A stretch of DNA of 38,458 bases from Gammaproteobacteria bacterium (GCA_010031985.1 RGYP01000001.1:1-38458), one strand, 5' to 3'; counted from the stretch's first letter, positions 26,116 to 35,013 are shown. Notes: a model not told the origin generated them from the letters alone. Numbers and translations are program-made.

Positions 26116-26619
26116 TCAGGGGCGGATGTTGATGGGCGTACCGTCGGCCACCAGCATCCAGAATTCCATCATGTCCGCGTTGTTGAGAGCGATACAACCG
26201 TCGGTCCAGTCTTCGCGAGCATAGTGCTCCGGCGGCCAGCGCGGCTCGTTCGGCAGACCGTGGACCATGATGGCACCACCCGGCTTGACGCCCGCCTTGC
26301 GCGCGCGCGCCACATCGTGCGGATCGGGATAGGACACGCGCACCGACAGAAAGAAATCGCTGCGCGGGTTACGCATGTCGAGGGTGTAGCGCCCCTCCGG
26401 GGTTCTGAAGTCGCCTTCCTGCTCCTTGTGCCCTATCGGGTTCAGCCCCAAAGAAATGCGGTAGCTGCGCAACATCTTCGACCCCTGCCAGAGCTCGAGC
26501 CGACGCTTCGCCTTGTACACGATCACCTCGGTGGCGGCGGGCAACTGGGTCAGGGTCGCCTTGGCAGGCGCAGGCATGAGCGCGAGCAAACAGAGCAGAC
26601 CGATGACTGCCCGCATCAT
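26116..26619 (-). CDS. L,D-transpeptidase family protein (YkuD domain, YafK-like)
   Basis: ORF 26116..26709, trimmed to the ATG at 26619 (MMRAVIGLLCLLALMPAPAKA signal peptide). Catalytic region MVHGLPNE...WTDGCIAL. Confidence 0.8.
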   Translation of the reverse strand: MMRAVIGLLCLLALMPAPAKATLTQLPAATEVIVYKAKRRLELWQGSKMLRSYRISLGLNPIGHKEQEGDFRTPEGRYTLDMRNPRSDFFLSVRVSYPDPHDVARARKAGVKPGGAIMVHGLPNEPRWPPEHYAREDWTDGCIALNNADMMEFWMLVADGTPINIRP

Positions 26620-26626
26620 GTCGGGA

Positions 26627-28057
26627 TCAAAGGCTGGAGTCGGTCGCCGCCGCGGGGCTCGGCGACGTACTGCGTGCCGCGAGATCGGCGAGCGTGGCCG
26701 GGCGCTCATCGGGAAGTTGCAGCGTACGACCGCGCCGCAGTTTGGCCGAGGTCGACAAGCCGTTGAGTTCGGCCACGCGATTCACGGTGTAACCGTACTG
26801 CCGCGCGATCTGGCGCAGCGTCTCGCCGCGCGCGACCCGATGCGTCCGCGGACCGACCTGCGCCACGAACAGCTGGTCGGCACCCACACGCTGGATGAAT
26901 TCGGCCGTCGTCATGTTTTGCTCGGCAGGCAGACGCAGTCGATATCCGCGCGGCACGAAACGCGCGCCGGACCACACCGGCGGCCGCAGCGCCGGGTTGA
27001 GTTCGCGCAGTTGCGTCATCGGCACCCCGAGCGTTCGCTCGAGTCGCGAGACATCGGCGTATCCCGGCATTTCAATTTCGTGAAAACTCATCGCCGGCGC
27101 ACGGGCTACGCCCGGAAAATAGCGGGTGGCATCTTGATCGATGGTGAGCGCAGCAAGAAACGAAGGATAGAAGTTTCGCGACGCAAAACCGAAGGAGCGA
27201 CTTTGATAACGACGCGCGATGATGCCGAAATCGTCGGTGCCCATGGTCTCGCGAGCCCGACGCATGCCGGCGGGACCATGGTTGTAGGCCGTGACCGCCA
27301 GCGGCCAGCTGCCGAGCAGTCGGTAATTGTTGAGCAGCAGCTTCGCGGCGGCCTCGGTCGAGCGAAACGGATCGAGTCGCTCATCGACGACGTCATCGAC
27401 GCGCATGAAAAGCCGGCCGGTCGAACGCATGAACTGCCAGAGTCCCGAGGCGCCGACCTTCGAGTAGGCCGTCGGCGTGAACGACGACTCGACGTGCGGC
27501 AGCGCAGCCAGCTCGGGCGGCAGACCCAGGCGTGAAAAAGTCGTCGCGATGTGCGGCTCCCAGGTTCCGGAGCGCACGATTCCGGCGCGAAAGCGGTCCG
27601 CTTGTCCAAGCTGAAAACGCACCTCGTCGCGGGCTGCACGCAAACGCGAGGGCGTGGCGTCGCTCCCCCACAGCTCGATCACGCGTCGTGCATCGATCGA
27701 AGCCTGGGTGAGATCACTGTGCTCGAGTGCCTTTGCGGCCTCATCGAGCGCGCTGCGCCAACGCTCGCGAGCTTGGGTAATCCGCTGACGACGCAGGGCA
27801 GACCCGGAAGGCCCTGCCGCAGCAAGATCGAGCGTGTCGTAGACGACGCCTAGGTTGCGCTCGTCGTGCATGAAACCCTGCAGCGTCGTGATTTCGCTGT
27901 AGACGCGGATCCAGAAATCGACGTCGCGCTGCAGTTCTGGGGGCCGCGGAATCTCCAGCGAGATGGCCGGGGTCGCCGGCTGCTGCGCGGGCGCGGCCGG
28001 CAGCAGGAAAAAGACGGTAACGAGAAGAGTGGTGGCTCTGGAAATTATCCGGCGCAA
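26627..28057 (-). CDS. mltD: Lytic murein transglycosylase with LysM domain (MltD-like)
   Basis: Signal peptide MRRIISRATTLLVTVFFLLPAAPA. SLT core ESSF, SGLWQFM and AYNHGPAGM. C-terminal LysM HRVARGETLRQIARQYGYTVNRVAELNGL. The only available start is TTG at 28057, 4 nt after the nrdJb stop. Confidence 0.8.
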   Translation of the reverse strand: MRRIISRATTLLVTVFFLLPAAPAQQPATPAISLEIPRPPELQRDVDFWIRVYSEITTLQGFMHDERNLGVVYDTLDLAAAGPSGSALRRQRITQARERWRSALDEAAKALEHSDLTQASIDARRVIELWGSDATPSRLRAARDEVRFQLGQADRFRAGIVRSGTWEPHIATTFSRLGLPPELAALPHVESSFTPTAYSKVGASGLWQFMRSTGRLFMRVDDVVDERLDPFRSTEAAAKLLLNNYRLLGSWPLAVTAYNHGPAGMRRARETMGTDDFGIIARRYQSRSFGFASRNFYPSFLAALTIDQDATRYFPGVARAPAMSFHEIEMPGYADVSRLERTLGVPMTQLRELNPALRPPVWSGARFVPRGYRLRLPAEQNMTTAEFIQRVGADQLFVAQVGPRTHRVARGETLRQIARQYGYTVNRVAELNGLSTSAKLRRGRTLQLPDERPATLADLAARSTSPSPAAATDSSL

Positions 28058-28061
28058 GGCC

Positions 28062-28766
28062 TTACCCGCACTTGGAATCGCCGCAGTTCAGGCAGGTCAT
28101 GCAACCGTCCATCATCACCACGGCCGCCGTGCTGCACTTCGAGCAAAGCTGCGCCCCCTCGGGGAAGTGCGACTTGGCAAAGGCATCGGTTTGCTTGCTG
28201 CGGGCTTCGAATTCGGCACGCTTCTCGTCGACGAGTTTCTTTTGATGCTCGTCGAGCTCGGGTCGACCCATGAGACCGATGGTCTGCAGGTGCTTTTCGA
28301 TGACGTAGCCGAGTTCGGCGATGATCGAGGGCATGAACTTGCCACCCGGCTGCCAATAGCCACCGCGCGGATCGAACACGGCTTTCAATTCTTCGACGAG
28401 GAAGGTGACATCACCACCTTTGCGGAATACGGCTGAGATGATGCGCGTCAGCGCGACGATCCATTGATAGTGGTCGAGATTCTTCGAGTTGATGAACACC
28501 TCGAACGGCCGTCGCTGCTCGTGCTCGGTGCCCTCGTTGAGGATGATGTCGTTGATCGTCACGTACATCGCGTGATCGGAGACAGGCGTCTTGATCTTGT
28601 ACGTCGAGCCGATCAGCACCTCGGGGCGCTGCACTTCCTCGGTGAGTCTGACGACCTTGCCACCGTGCGAGGTGGTGCGCTCGGGGGCTGCGGCAGGAGC
28701 CGGCTCTGCGCCCGGCTTCTGCACACGATATTTGGAGATCTTGCGATCGATCTTGATGGCGGCCAT
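28062..28766 (-). CDS. nrdJ: Class II (adenosylcobalamin-dependent) ribonucleotide reductase, C-terminal polypeptide (NrdJb)
   Basis: It continues the RNR fold 13 nt after the nrdJa stop. C-terminal Cys cluster CSKCSTAAVVMMDGCMTCLNCGDSKCG. The arrangement matches the split nrdJa/nrdJb genes described in Pseudomonas aeruginosa. Confidence 0.8.
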   Translation of the reverse strand: MAAIKIDRKISKYRVQKPGAEPAPAAAPERTTSHGGKVVRLTEEVQRPEVLIGSTYKIKTPVSDHAMYVTINDIILNEGTEHEQRRPFEVFINSKNLDHYQWIVALTRIISAVFRKGGDVTFLVEELKAVFDPRGGYWQPGGKFMPSIIAELGYVIEKHLQTIGLMGRPELDEHQKKLVDEKRAEFEARSKQTDAFAKSHFPEGAQLCSKCSTAAVVMMDGCMTCLNCGDSKCG

Positions 28767-28779
28767 TTGAAACTGATCC

Positions 28780-30927
28780 TCAGAACTTGCCGTAGTAGCC
28801 TTCTTTCAAGGCGTCATACAGATTTGCGGCGGTGTGTTTCTCGCCGTCGTATTCGATTTCTTCATCGCCCTTCACCGACACCTCGGAGCCGTCTTCGAGC
28901 GTGAACACGTAAGTCGTGTTCTTGAGGTCTTCTTCCTTGACGAGCACGCCCTGGAAGGCCTCGGGGTTGAAGCGGAAGGTCGTGCAGCCCTTCAGCCCCT
29001 TCTCGTGGGCATAGAGATAGATGTCTTTGAAGGACTCGTACTTGAAATCGGTCGGCACATTCGCGGTCTTGGAGATCGAGGAGTCGATCCACTTCTGCGA
29101 GGCCGCCTGGATATCGACGTGCTCGGTCGGCGTAATATCGTCTGCCGTCGTGAAATAGTCCGGCAACTTCTCAGCGGGATTGGTCGAGTTCGGCATGGCC
29201 TTCGAGTTGATGAGCTCGCGGTAAGCGAGCAGCTCGAAAGAGAACACGTCGACTTTTTCTTTGGACTTCTTGCCTTCGCGGATGACGTTGCGGAAGTAGT
29301 GGTGCGCGAACGAGGGCTCGATGCCGTTGCTGGCGTTGTTGGCAAGCGACAGCGAGATCGTGCCGGTAGGCGCAATCGAGGTATGGTGGGTGAACCGCGC
29401 ACCGACGAGCGCCAACTGATCGACCAGTGCCGGTGCGACCGTCGCCACACGCTGCATGTAGCGGCTGTAGCGCGCGTGCAGCACGCGTCCGGGAATCTTG
29501 CTGCCAACCTTCCAGCCATCGCGCGCCATCTCGGGGCGCTTGCGCAGCATCTCGGCGGTGACCGTGAACTCTTCGTTCATGATCGGCGCCGGTCCTTTTT
29601 CGCGAGAGAGTTCGAGCGCTGCATCCCAGCCGGCAACGGCCATCTCTCGCGAGACGTCTTCGGTGAACTGCACCGACTCGGGTGAGCCGTACTTCATGCG
29701 CAGCAGCGTCATGGTGCTGCCGAGACCGAGGAAGCCCATGCCGTGACGGCGCTTGCGCAAGATCTCGTTGCGCTGCCCGTCGAGCGGCAGTCCGTTGACT
29801 TCGACTACGTTGTCGAGCATGCGCGTGAATACTTTGACGACCTCGCGGTACTCGGCCCAGTCGAACTCGGCCTGTTCGGTGAATGCGTTGCGAACGAATC
29901 GCGTGAGATTGACCGAGCCCAGCAGGCAAGAACCGTAAGGCGGCAACGGCTGTTCGCCGCAGGGGTTGGTGGCGCGGATGTTCTCGCACCACCAGTTGTT
30001 GTTCATTTCGTTGACGCGGTCGATGAGGATGAACCCGGGCTCGGCGAAATCGTAGGTGGACGACATGATGACGTCCCACATGCGTCGCGCCGGCAGGGTC
30101 TTGTAGATCTTGCAGGCGACGAGCCCGCTTTCGCCGACCACGAAGTTCTCGGAATAAGGCCACTCGCGCCAGACGTATTTGGTGTCGTCCGAAAGATCGG
30201 GCTTGTCGGTTTCGAATTCTTTGCGCAGCAGCGGGAAGGCAAGCTTCCACTCACGGTCTTCGCGCACGGCCTGCATGAACTCGTCGGTGATGAGCAGCGA
30301 CAGGTTGAACTGCCGCAGACGACCGTTCTCGCGCTTGGCACGGATGAACTCCATGGCATCCGGATGGCCGACATCGAACGTGCCCATCTGCGCGCCCCGA
30401 CGTCCGCCCGCAGACGACACCGTGAAACACATCTTGTCGTAGATATCCATGAACGACAGCGGACCCGACGTGTAGGCGCCCGCTCCCGAGACGTAGGCGC
30501 CACGCGGCCGCAGGGTCGAGAACTCGTAGCCGATGCCGCAACCGGCCTTCAGCGTGAGACCCGCCTCGTGGACCTTGTTGAGGATGTCGTCCATCGAGTC
30601 GCGGATCGTCCCCGACACGGTGCAATTGATGGTCGAGGTCGCCGGCTTGTGCTCGAGCGCGCCCGCGTTCGAGGTGATGCGACCAGCGGGAATGGCCCCG
30701 CGACGCAACGCCCAAAGAAATCGCTCGTACCAATGCTCGCGCTGTGCGGGCGCCTCGACGTCGGCGAGGGCACGGGCGACACGCTGGTAGGTGTCGTCCA
30801 TGGTTTTGTCGATGGGTTCGCCACTCTTGGCAACGAGGCGATATTTTTTATCCCAAATGTCGATCGACGCTTCCTGGAAAGGAATGCCATCGACGTCTTT
30901 CGCCTCGAGTTTGACGACGCTGTTCAT
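28780..30927 (-). CDS. nrdJ: Class II (adenosylcobalamin-dependent) ribonucleotide reductase, large N-terminal polypeptide (NrdJa)
   Basis: ORF 28780..30945 begins at a TTG. I prefer the ATG at 30927 (MNSVVKLE). Motifs INCTVSG, ATNPCGEQPLPPYGSCLLGSVNL and SIAPTGTISL. Confidence 0.9.
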   Translation of the reverse strand: MNSVVKLEAKDVDGIPFQEASIDIWDKKYRLVAKSGEPIDKTMDDTYQRVARALADVEAPAQREHWYERFLWALRRGAIPAGRITSNAGALEHKPATSTINCTVSGTIRDSMDDILNKVHEAGLTLKAGCGIGYEFSTLRPRGAYVSGAGAYTSGPLSFMDIYDKMCFTVSSAGGRRGAQMGTFDVGHPDAMEFIRAKRENGRLRQFNLSLLITDEFMQAVREDREWKLAFPLLRKEFETDKPDLSDDTKYVWREWPYSENFVVGESGLVACKIYKTLPARRMWDVIMSSTYDFAEPGFILIDRVNEMNNNWWCENIRATNPCGEQPLPPYGSCLLGSVNLTRFVRNAFTEQAEFDWAEYREVVKVFTRMLDNVVEVNGLPLDGQRNEILRKRRHGMGFLGLGSTMTLLRMKYGSPESVQFTEDVSREMAVAGWDAALELSREKGPAPIMNEEFTVTAEMLRKRPEMARDGWKVGSKIPGRVLHARYSRYMQRVATVAPALVDQLALVGARFTHHTSIAPTGTISLSLANNASNGIEPSFAHHYFRNVIREGKKSKEKVDVFSFELLAYRELINSKAMPNSTNPAEKLPDYFTTADDITPTEHVDIQAASQKWIDSSISKTANVPTDFKYESFKDIYLYAHEKGLKGCTTFRFNPEAFQGVLVKEEDLKNTTYVFTLEDGSEVSVKGDEEIEYDGEKHTAANLYDALKEGYYGKF

Positions 30928-31101
30928 GCCTGTTTCGGGCCTCAAAATCCGATGAAAACGACCATTTCATAGAGGACGCCAACGATGAGAGGACCCAAGG
31001 TCGCCAGAGGCACCCACGGATACTTGTTCTCTTTTATTGGTGATGGGCCGAATTACGACCACTTCCCCTGCCCCCGACTCCGCCACCTGCGCATTGAACC
31101 C

Positions 31102-31117
31102 GCACAAGATGTTGTGT
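31102..31117. promoter_or_regulatory. NrdR-box-like palindrome 1 (proximal to nrdJa)
   Basis: gCACAAGATGTTGTGt compared with the NrdR box consensus acaCwAtATaTwGtgt. It sits just downstream of the putative nrdJ -10 element and 175 nt upstream of the ATG at 30927. Confidence 0.6.
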
Positions 31118-31127
31118 CGACGGCGAG

Positions 31128-31156
31128 AGAGTAAGCACGTCTCCGGAGAGCGTCAA
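31128..31156 (-). promoter_or_regulatory. Putative sigma70 promoter of nrdJab
   Basis: The minus strand reads TTGACG (31156-31151), a 17-nt spacer, then TACTCT (31133-31128). It predicts a leader of ~195 nt beginning at NrdR box 1. Confidence 0.35.
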
Positions 31157-31177
31157 GGCTTTCGCTCCCTTTCGGAT

Positions 31178-31204
31178 GAACTTATTTATTTCATATTAAT
31201 CATA
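31178..31204 (+). promoter_or_regulatory. Putative sigmaE/AlgU-type promoter reading toward degP
   Basis: GAACTT (31178-31183), a 16-nt spacer, then TCATA (31200-31204). The extracytoplasmic-stress sigma consensus is GGAACTT-N16-TCnaA. It lies inside the AT-rich island, ~180 nt upstream of the degP ATG. Confidence 0.3.
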
Positions 31205-31278
31205 TAGTTACAAAAAATCACGCTGCAAAACTATTCTCTGCCTGATGTCAACAGCCGATCGCCGACTGTAGTTTGGAA

Positions 31279-31294
31279 GCACAAGATGTTGTGT
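31279..31294. promoter_or_regulatory. NrdR-box-like palindrome 2 (distal; nearer degP)
   Basis: A 16-mer identical to box 1 (gcacaagatgttgtgt), 177 bp away and 92 nt upstream of the degP ATG. Confidence 0.6.
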
Positions 31295-31385
31295 TTCTGC
31301 TCCTTTCCACACCATGCACACAAGTTATCCTCTTGAAAGCCGGACCAAGATCCGCATATCCCCTCCCCCAAGCCGGAGATCACGC

Positions 31386-32840
31386 ATGAAAGACGCGCGC
31401 GCAATCGGGACCCGCCACCGAGCGCCACACCAGGCATTGCTTGGGGCGCTGCTCGCGGCCGTCGCACTGCCCGTCCTCGCCCAGACGGTGGATGCGCCGA
31501 CCGAGCCCCGCAACGTGGCGCCGATGCCCTCACTTGCGCCCATGATCAAGCGCGTCTCGCCGGCGGTCGTGAGCATCGGCATCCAGGGCTCAGTGCGAGA
31601 ACAGGGCCGCAACCCTCTGTTCGACGACCCCTTCTTCCGGCGGTTTTTCAACGTTCCGCCCGACTCGGGCGCCCGCGAGCGGCCTTTTCAGTCGGCTGGC
31701 TCTGGCGTGATCGTCGATGGCAAGCAGGGCTACATCATCACCAACGCACACGTGGTCGAAAACGCGCGCGAAATCACCGTGACCCTCTCCGACCAACGGC
31801 AGTTTCCAGCCAAAGTGGTCGGAAGCGACCCGCGTACCGACATCGCCGTCATCCAGATCAAGTCCGGGGGTCTCGCGCAAATCACGCTCGGTGATTCCGA
31901 TCGTCTCGAGCCCGGTGATTACGTCGCGGCGATTGGCAATCCGTTCGGCCTGCAGCAATCGGTGTCCTACGGCATCGTCAGCGCACTCGGCCGATCGGGC
32001 ATGAACCCCGATGGCTTCGAGAGCCTCATCCAGACCGATGCCTCGATCAACCCCGGCAACTCGGGCGGTGCGCTCGTCAACCTGCGCGGAGAGCTCGTGG
32101 GCATCAACAACATGATCCTCTCGGGCAGCGGCGGCAACATCGGCATTGGTTTCGCCATTCCCGTGAACATGGCGCGCAGCGTCATGGACCAGTTGATCAA
32201 GTACGGCTCGGTCAAGCGCGGTCAGCTCGGCGTGACCATCGCCCCGGTCACCCCAGACATCGCCGAAGCCTTGGGTATCAGCACCGCGGGCGGCGCGCTC
32301 GTCACGCAGGTGCTCAAAGATTCTGCAGCCGCTCGCGCGGGAATTCGTGCGGGCGACGTCGTGACCGCCATCAATGGTCGCAGCGTCAAGTCAGCGGCCG
32401 AATTCCGCAATGCGATCGGTTTGCTGCGCGTCGGGGACAAGGTCGAGCTCGCGTTGCTGCGTGACGGCGAGTCGCGCAAATTGACTGCAGAGGTCGCTGA
32501 CCCCGCGGCGCAAACGACCAGCGCCGCCGAGGGCAACGACAAGAACGTCCCCGAAGGCGGCCAACATCGTGCCCTCGAAGGTGCGCAACTCGAAGATGGT
32601 CAGGGCAGCACGTCGGGCGGCACCGGTACGGGCGTGCTGGTGCGCGCCGTGGCGGCCGGCAGTCCGGCTGCGAACGCTGGCCTGCGCGCCAACGATCTGA
32701 TCGTCGCCGCGAACGGTGCGCGAATCACCAACCGCGGCGATCTCAGCAACGCCTGGCGTACCGCCAACAACCGCGGCGGCAGCACGCTCGTGCTGCAGGT
32801 CCGCCGCGCGGGCGAAACGACCATCATCCTGCTGCGCTGA
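31386..32840 (+). CDS. degP: Periplasmic Do-family serine endoprotease (DegP/DegQ/MucD type) with two PDZ domains
   Basis: ORF 31314..32840, trimmed to the ATG at 31386 (GGAG upstream; signal peptide ...LLAAVALPVLAQT). Catalytic triad contexts ITNAHVV, DIAVIQI and GNSGGALVN. Two PDZ-like segments follow. Confidence 0.9.
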   Translation: MKDARAIGTRHRAPHQALLGALLAAVALPVLAQTVDAPTEPRNVAPMPSLAPMIKRVSPAVVSIGIQGSVREQGRNPLFDDPFFRRFFNVPPDSGARERPFQSAGSGVIVDGKQGYIITNAHVVENAREITVTLSDQRQFPAKVVGSDPRTDIAVIQIKSGGLAQITLGDSDRLEPGDYVAAIGNPFGLQQSVSYGIVSALGRSGMNPDGFESLIQTDASINPGNSGGALVNLRGELVGINNMILSGSGGNIGIGFAIPVNMARSVMDQLIKYGSVKRGQLGVTIAPVTPDIAEALGISTAGGALVTQVLKDSAAARAGIRAGDVVTAINGRSVKSAAEFRNAIGLLRVGDKVELALLRDGESRKLTAEVADPAAQTTSAAEGNDKNVPEGGQHRALEGAQLEDGQGSTSGGTGTGVLVRAVAAGSPAANAGLRANDLIVAANGARITNRGDLSNAWRTANNRGGSTLVLQVRRAGETTIILLR

Positions 32841-32847
32841 TCAACCC

Positions 32848-33780
32848 ATGCGCACTCTCAGCTCGCGCCCGCTGGAAATAACTTTGGTGGGTGGTACCGG
32901 CTTCGTCGGCAGCGCGCTCGCAGCGCGCCTTGCCGCCGAAGGTCACCGCCTGCGACTGCCCACGCGCGATCCGCGCGGCGCACGACATCTTTCCGTGCTG
33001 CCCAACGCGGACCGCCTGCGCATCGACGTGCACGATCCCGTCGCCCTGCGCAACGTCGTCACCGGCAGCGACGTCGTCGTCAACCTCGTCGGCATCCTCA
33101 ATGAAAAAGGCTCGTCGGGGGAAGGATTCACCCGCGCCCATGCCGAACTCACGCGCAAAGCGATCGCGGCATGCGTCGAGAGCGGCGTGCCCCGCTATCT
33201 GCACATGAGCGCACTCGGTGCCGACGAAAACGGCCCGAGTCATTACCTACGCTCGAAAGGCGTTGCCGAACGCCATGTGCGAACCGCGCCGAGCTCGCTC
33301 GACTGGACGATCTTCCGCCCCTCCGTGATCTTTGGTCGCGGCGACTCGCTGCTCAACCGCTTCGCCTCCCTGCTGGCCCTGAGCGGTGGCGTCCTGCCGC
33401 TGGCGCGCGCCGAGGCGCGCTTCGCACCGGTATGGGTCGAAGATGTGGTGTCGGCGTTCATGCTCGCCTTGCGGGGCGGAGCGACGAGTCGCGAGTCCTA
33501 CGACCTCTGCGGCCCCAAAGTCATGACTTTGGCGGAACTCGTGCGCCTGACGGGCGAATTCGCGGGCACCGGCGCGCGAGTCATTCCGCTTCCCGATGCG
33601 ATCGGTCGCGCACAGGCCTTCCTCATGGATTTCGTGCCGGGCAAGCCCTTTTCCACCGACAACTATCGCTCCCTGACGGTCGACAACGTCTGCCGTGACA
33701 ACGGTTTCGATCGTCTGGGAATCACCCCTACCTCACTCGCCAGCATCGCCCCCACCTACCTCGGTCGTCGCTCGCGTTAA
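32848..33780 (+). CDS. NDUFA9-like atypical SDR (NAD(P)H-binding, complex I NDUFA9 subunit family)
   Basis: ORF 32716..33780, trimmed to the ATG at 32848. Motifs LVGGTGFVGSALA, YLRSK and RPSVIFGRGD. Confidence 0.8.
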   Translation: MRTLSSRPLEITLVGGTGFVGSALAARLAAEGHRLRLPTRDPRGARHLSVLPNADRLRIDVHDPVALRNVVTGSDVVVNLVGILNEKGSSGEGFTRAHAELTRKAIAACVESGVPRYLHMSALGADENGPSHYLRSKGVAERHVRTAPSSLDWTIFRPSVIFGRGDSLLNRFASLLALSGGVLPLARAEARFAPVWVEDVVSAFMLALRGGATSRESYDLCGPKVMTLAELVRLTGEFAGTGARVIPLPDAIGRAQAFLMDFVPGKPFSTDNYRSLTVDNVCRDNGFDRLGITPTSLASIAPTYLGRRSR

Positions 33781-33789
33781 CATCGCGGT

Positions 33790-35013
33790 GTGAATACCTA
33801 TCTGGTCGGCGGTGCAGTGCGTGATGGGCTGCTCGGCCGCCCGGTCGCCGAGCGCGACTGGGTGGTCGTCGGCGCGACGCCGGCCGATCTCGAGGCGCGC
33901 GGTTTTCTGCCCGTCGGCAAGGACTTCCCGGTCTTTTTGCATCCGCAAAGCCGCGAGGAATACGCGCTCGCCCGCCTCGAGCGCAAAGTCGCGCCGGGGT
34001 ATCGCGGCTTCACCACGCTGTTCTCGCCAGAGGTCACCCTCGAACAGGATCTCGCGCGGCGCGACCTGACCATCAACGCGATGGCACAGGACGCAGAGGG
34101 CAATATCTTTGATCCGTTCGGAGGACGCACCGATCTCGAGCGTCGCGTACTGCGACACGTCTCACCGGCATTCGCCGAGGATCCGGTGCGCATCCTGCGC
34201 GTCGCACGCTTTCTTGCTCGATTCGCACCGCTCGGATTCACGATCGCTGCCGACACGCTCACGCTGATGCGCCGCATGGTCGAAGCCGGCGAAGCCGACG
34301 CACTCGTGCCCGAGCGCGTGTGGCGTGAACTGGCGCGCGCGCTCGACGAACCCTCGCCGCGCTCAGCCATCGACGCGCTGCGCGCCTGCGGCGCCCTGCG
34401 CGTGGTGCTGCCCGAACTCGACGCGCTGTTCGGCGTACCCCAGCGACCCGAGTGGCACCCCGAGGTCGACACCGGCGAACACGTGATGCTCGCCCTGCAG
34501 ATGGCTGCGATGCGCGGCGCGCCACAAACCGTACGCTTCGCCGTGCTGGTGCACGATCTCGGCAAGGCGCTCACCCCGCGTACGGAGTGGCCGCGGCATC
34601 ATGCTCACGAAACGCTCGGTCTGCCGGCGATCGAAGCGCTGTGCGCGCGCCTGCGGGTTCCACAGGAACACCGCGAACTCGGCTTGCTCGCGAGCCGCTT
34701 TCACACCCACGTGCATCGCGGTCTCGAACTGCGTACCTCGACGCTCCTCGAGCTGCTCGAACACACCGATGCATTTCGACGACCCGAGCGATTCAAAGAA
34801 TTCCTGGAAGCCTGCGAGTGCGACGCCCGTGGTCGACTCGGACTCGCCGCTGCGCCTTATCCGCAGCGCGCACGAGTGGAGCAGGCTTTTGCCACTGCGC
34901 GCGCAGTCTCGCTGACTGCCGACGAGCGCGTCGGTCTCACCGGCGCTGCCATCGGCGAACGACTGCGCAGCAAGCGGCTCGCAGCGCTGAAAATGATCAT
35001 TCCCAAAGAATGA
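33790..35013 (+). CDS. cca: Multifunctional CCA-adding enzyme (tRNA nucleotidyltransferase with HD phosphohydrolase domain)
   Basis: GTG start. [23 protein letters not shown], and HD domain GEHVMLAL...VLVHDLGK. Confidence 0.9.
   Translation: MNTYLVGGAVRDGLLGRPVAERDWVVVGATPADLEARGFLPVGKDFPVFLHPQSREEYALARLERKVAPGYRGFTTLFSPEVTLEQDLARRDLTINAMAQDAEGNIFDPFGGRTDLERRVLRHVSPAFAEDPVRILRVARFLARFAPLGFTIAADTLTLMRRMVEAGEADALVPERVWRELARALDEPSPRSAIDALRACGALRVVLPELDALFGVPQRPEWHPEVDTGEHVMLALQMAAMRGAPQTVRFAVLVHDLGKALTPRTEWPRHHAHETLGLPAIEALCARLRVPQEHRELGLLASRFHTHVHRGLELRTSTLLELLEHTDAFRRPERFKEFLEACECDARGRLGLAAAPYPQRARVEQAFATARAVSLTADERVGLTGAAIGERLRSKRLAALKMIIPKE

Noticed and set aside
24901-26766. 621-aa ORF antisense to ppnN and the L,D-transpeptidase gene
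   Set aside because: Same reasoning. It crosses an intergenic gap and two well-supported genes and has no motif content.
28834-30972. 283-aa and 409-aa ORFs antisense to nrdJa, plus several in-strand alternative-frame ORFs
   Set aside because: NrdJa carries unambiguous class II RNR motifs (NPCGEQ, TIAPTGT). The alternatives are Arg/Gly/His-rich frames without signatures.
31020-31075. Cobalamin riboswitch in the nrdJ leader. The minus strand reads GGGAAGUGGUCGUAAUUCGGCCC, vaguely like the GGGAA...GGUG..AAUCC core.
   Set aside because: I could not find the conserved B12 box (GCCACUG-like) or the expected paired elements. A B12 OFF-switch on a B12-dependent enzyme would also be counter-intuitive. 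An Infernal search is needed for certainty.
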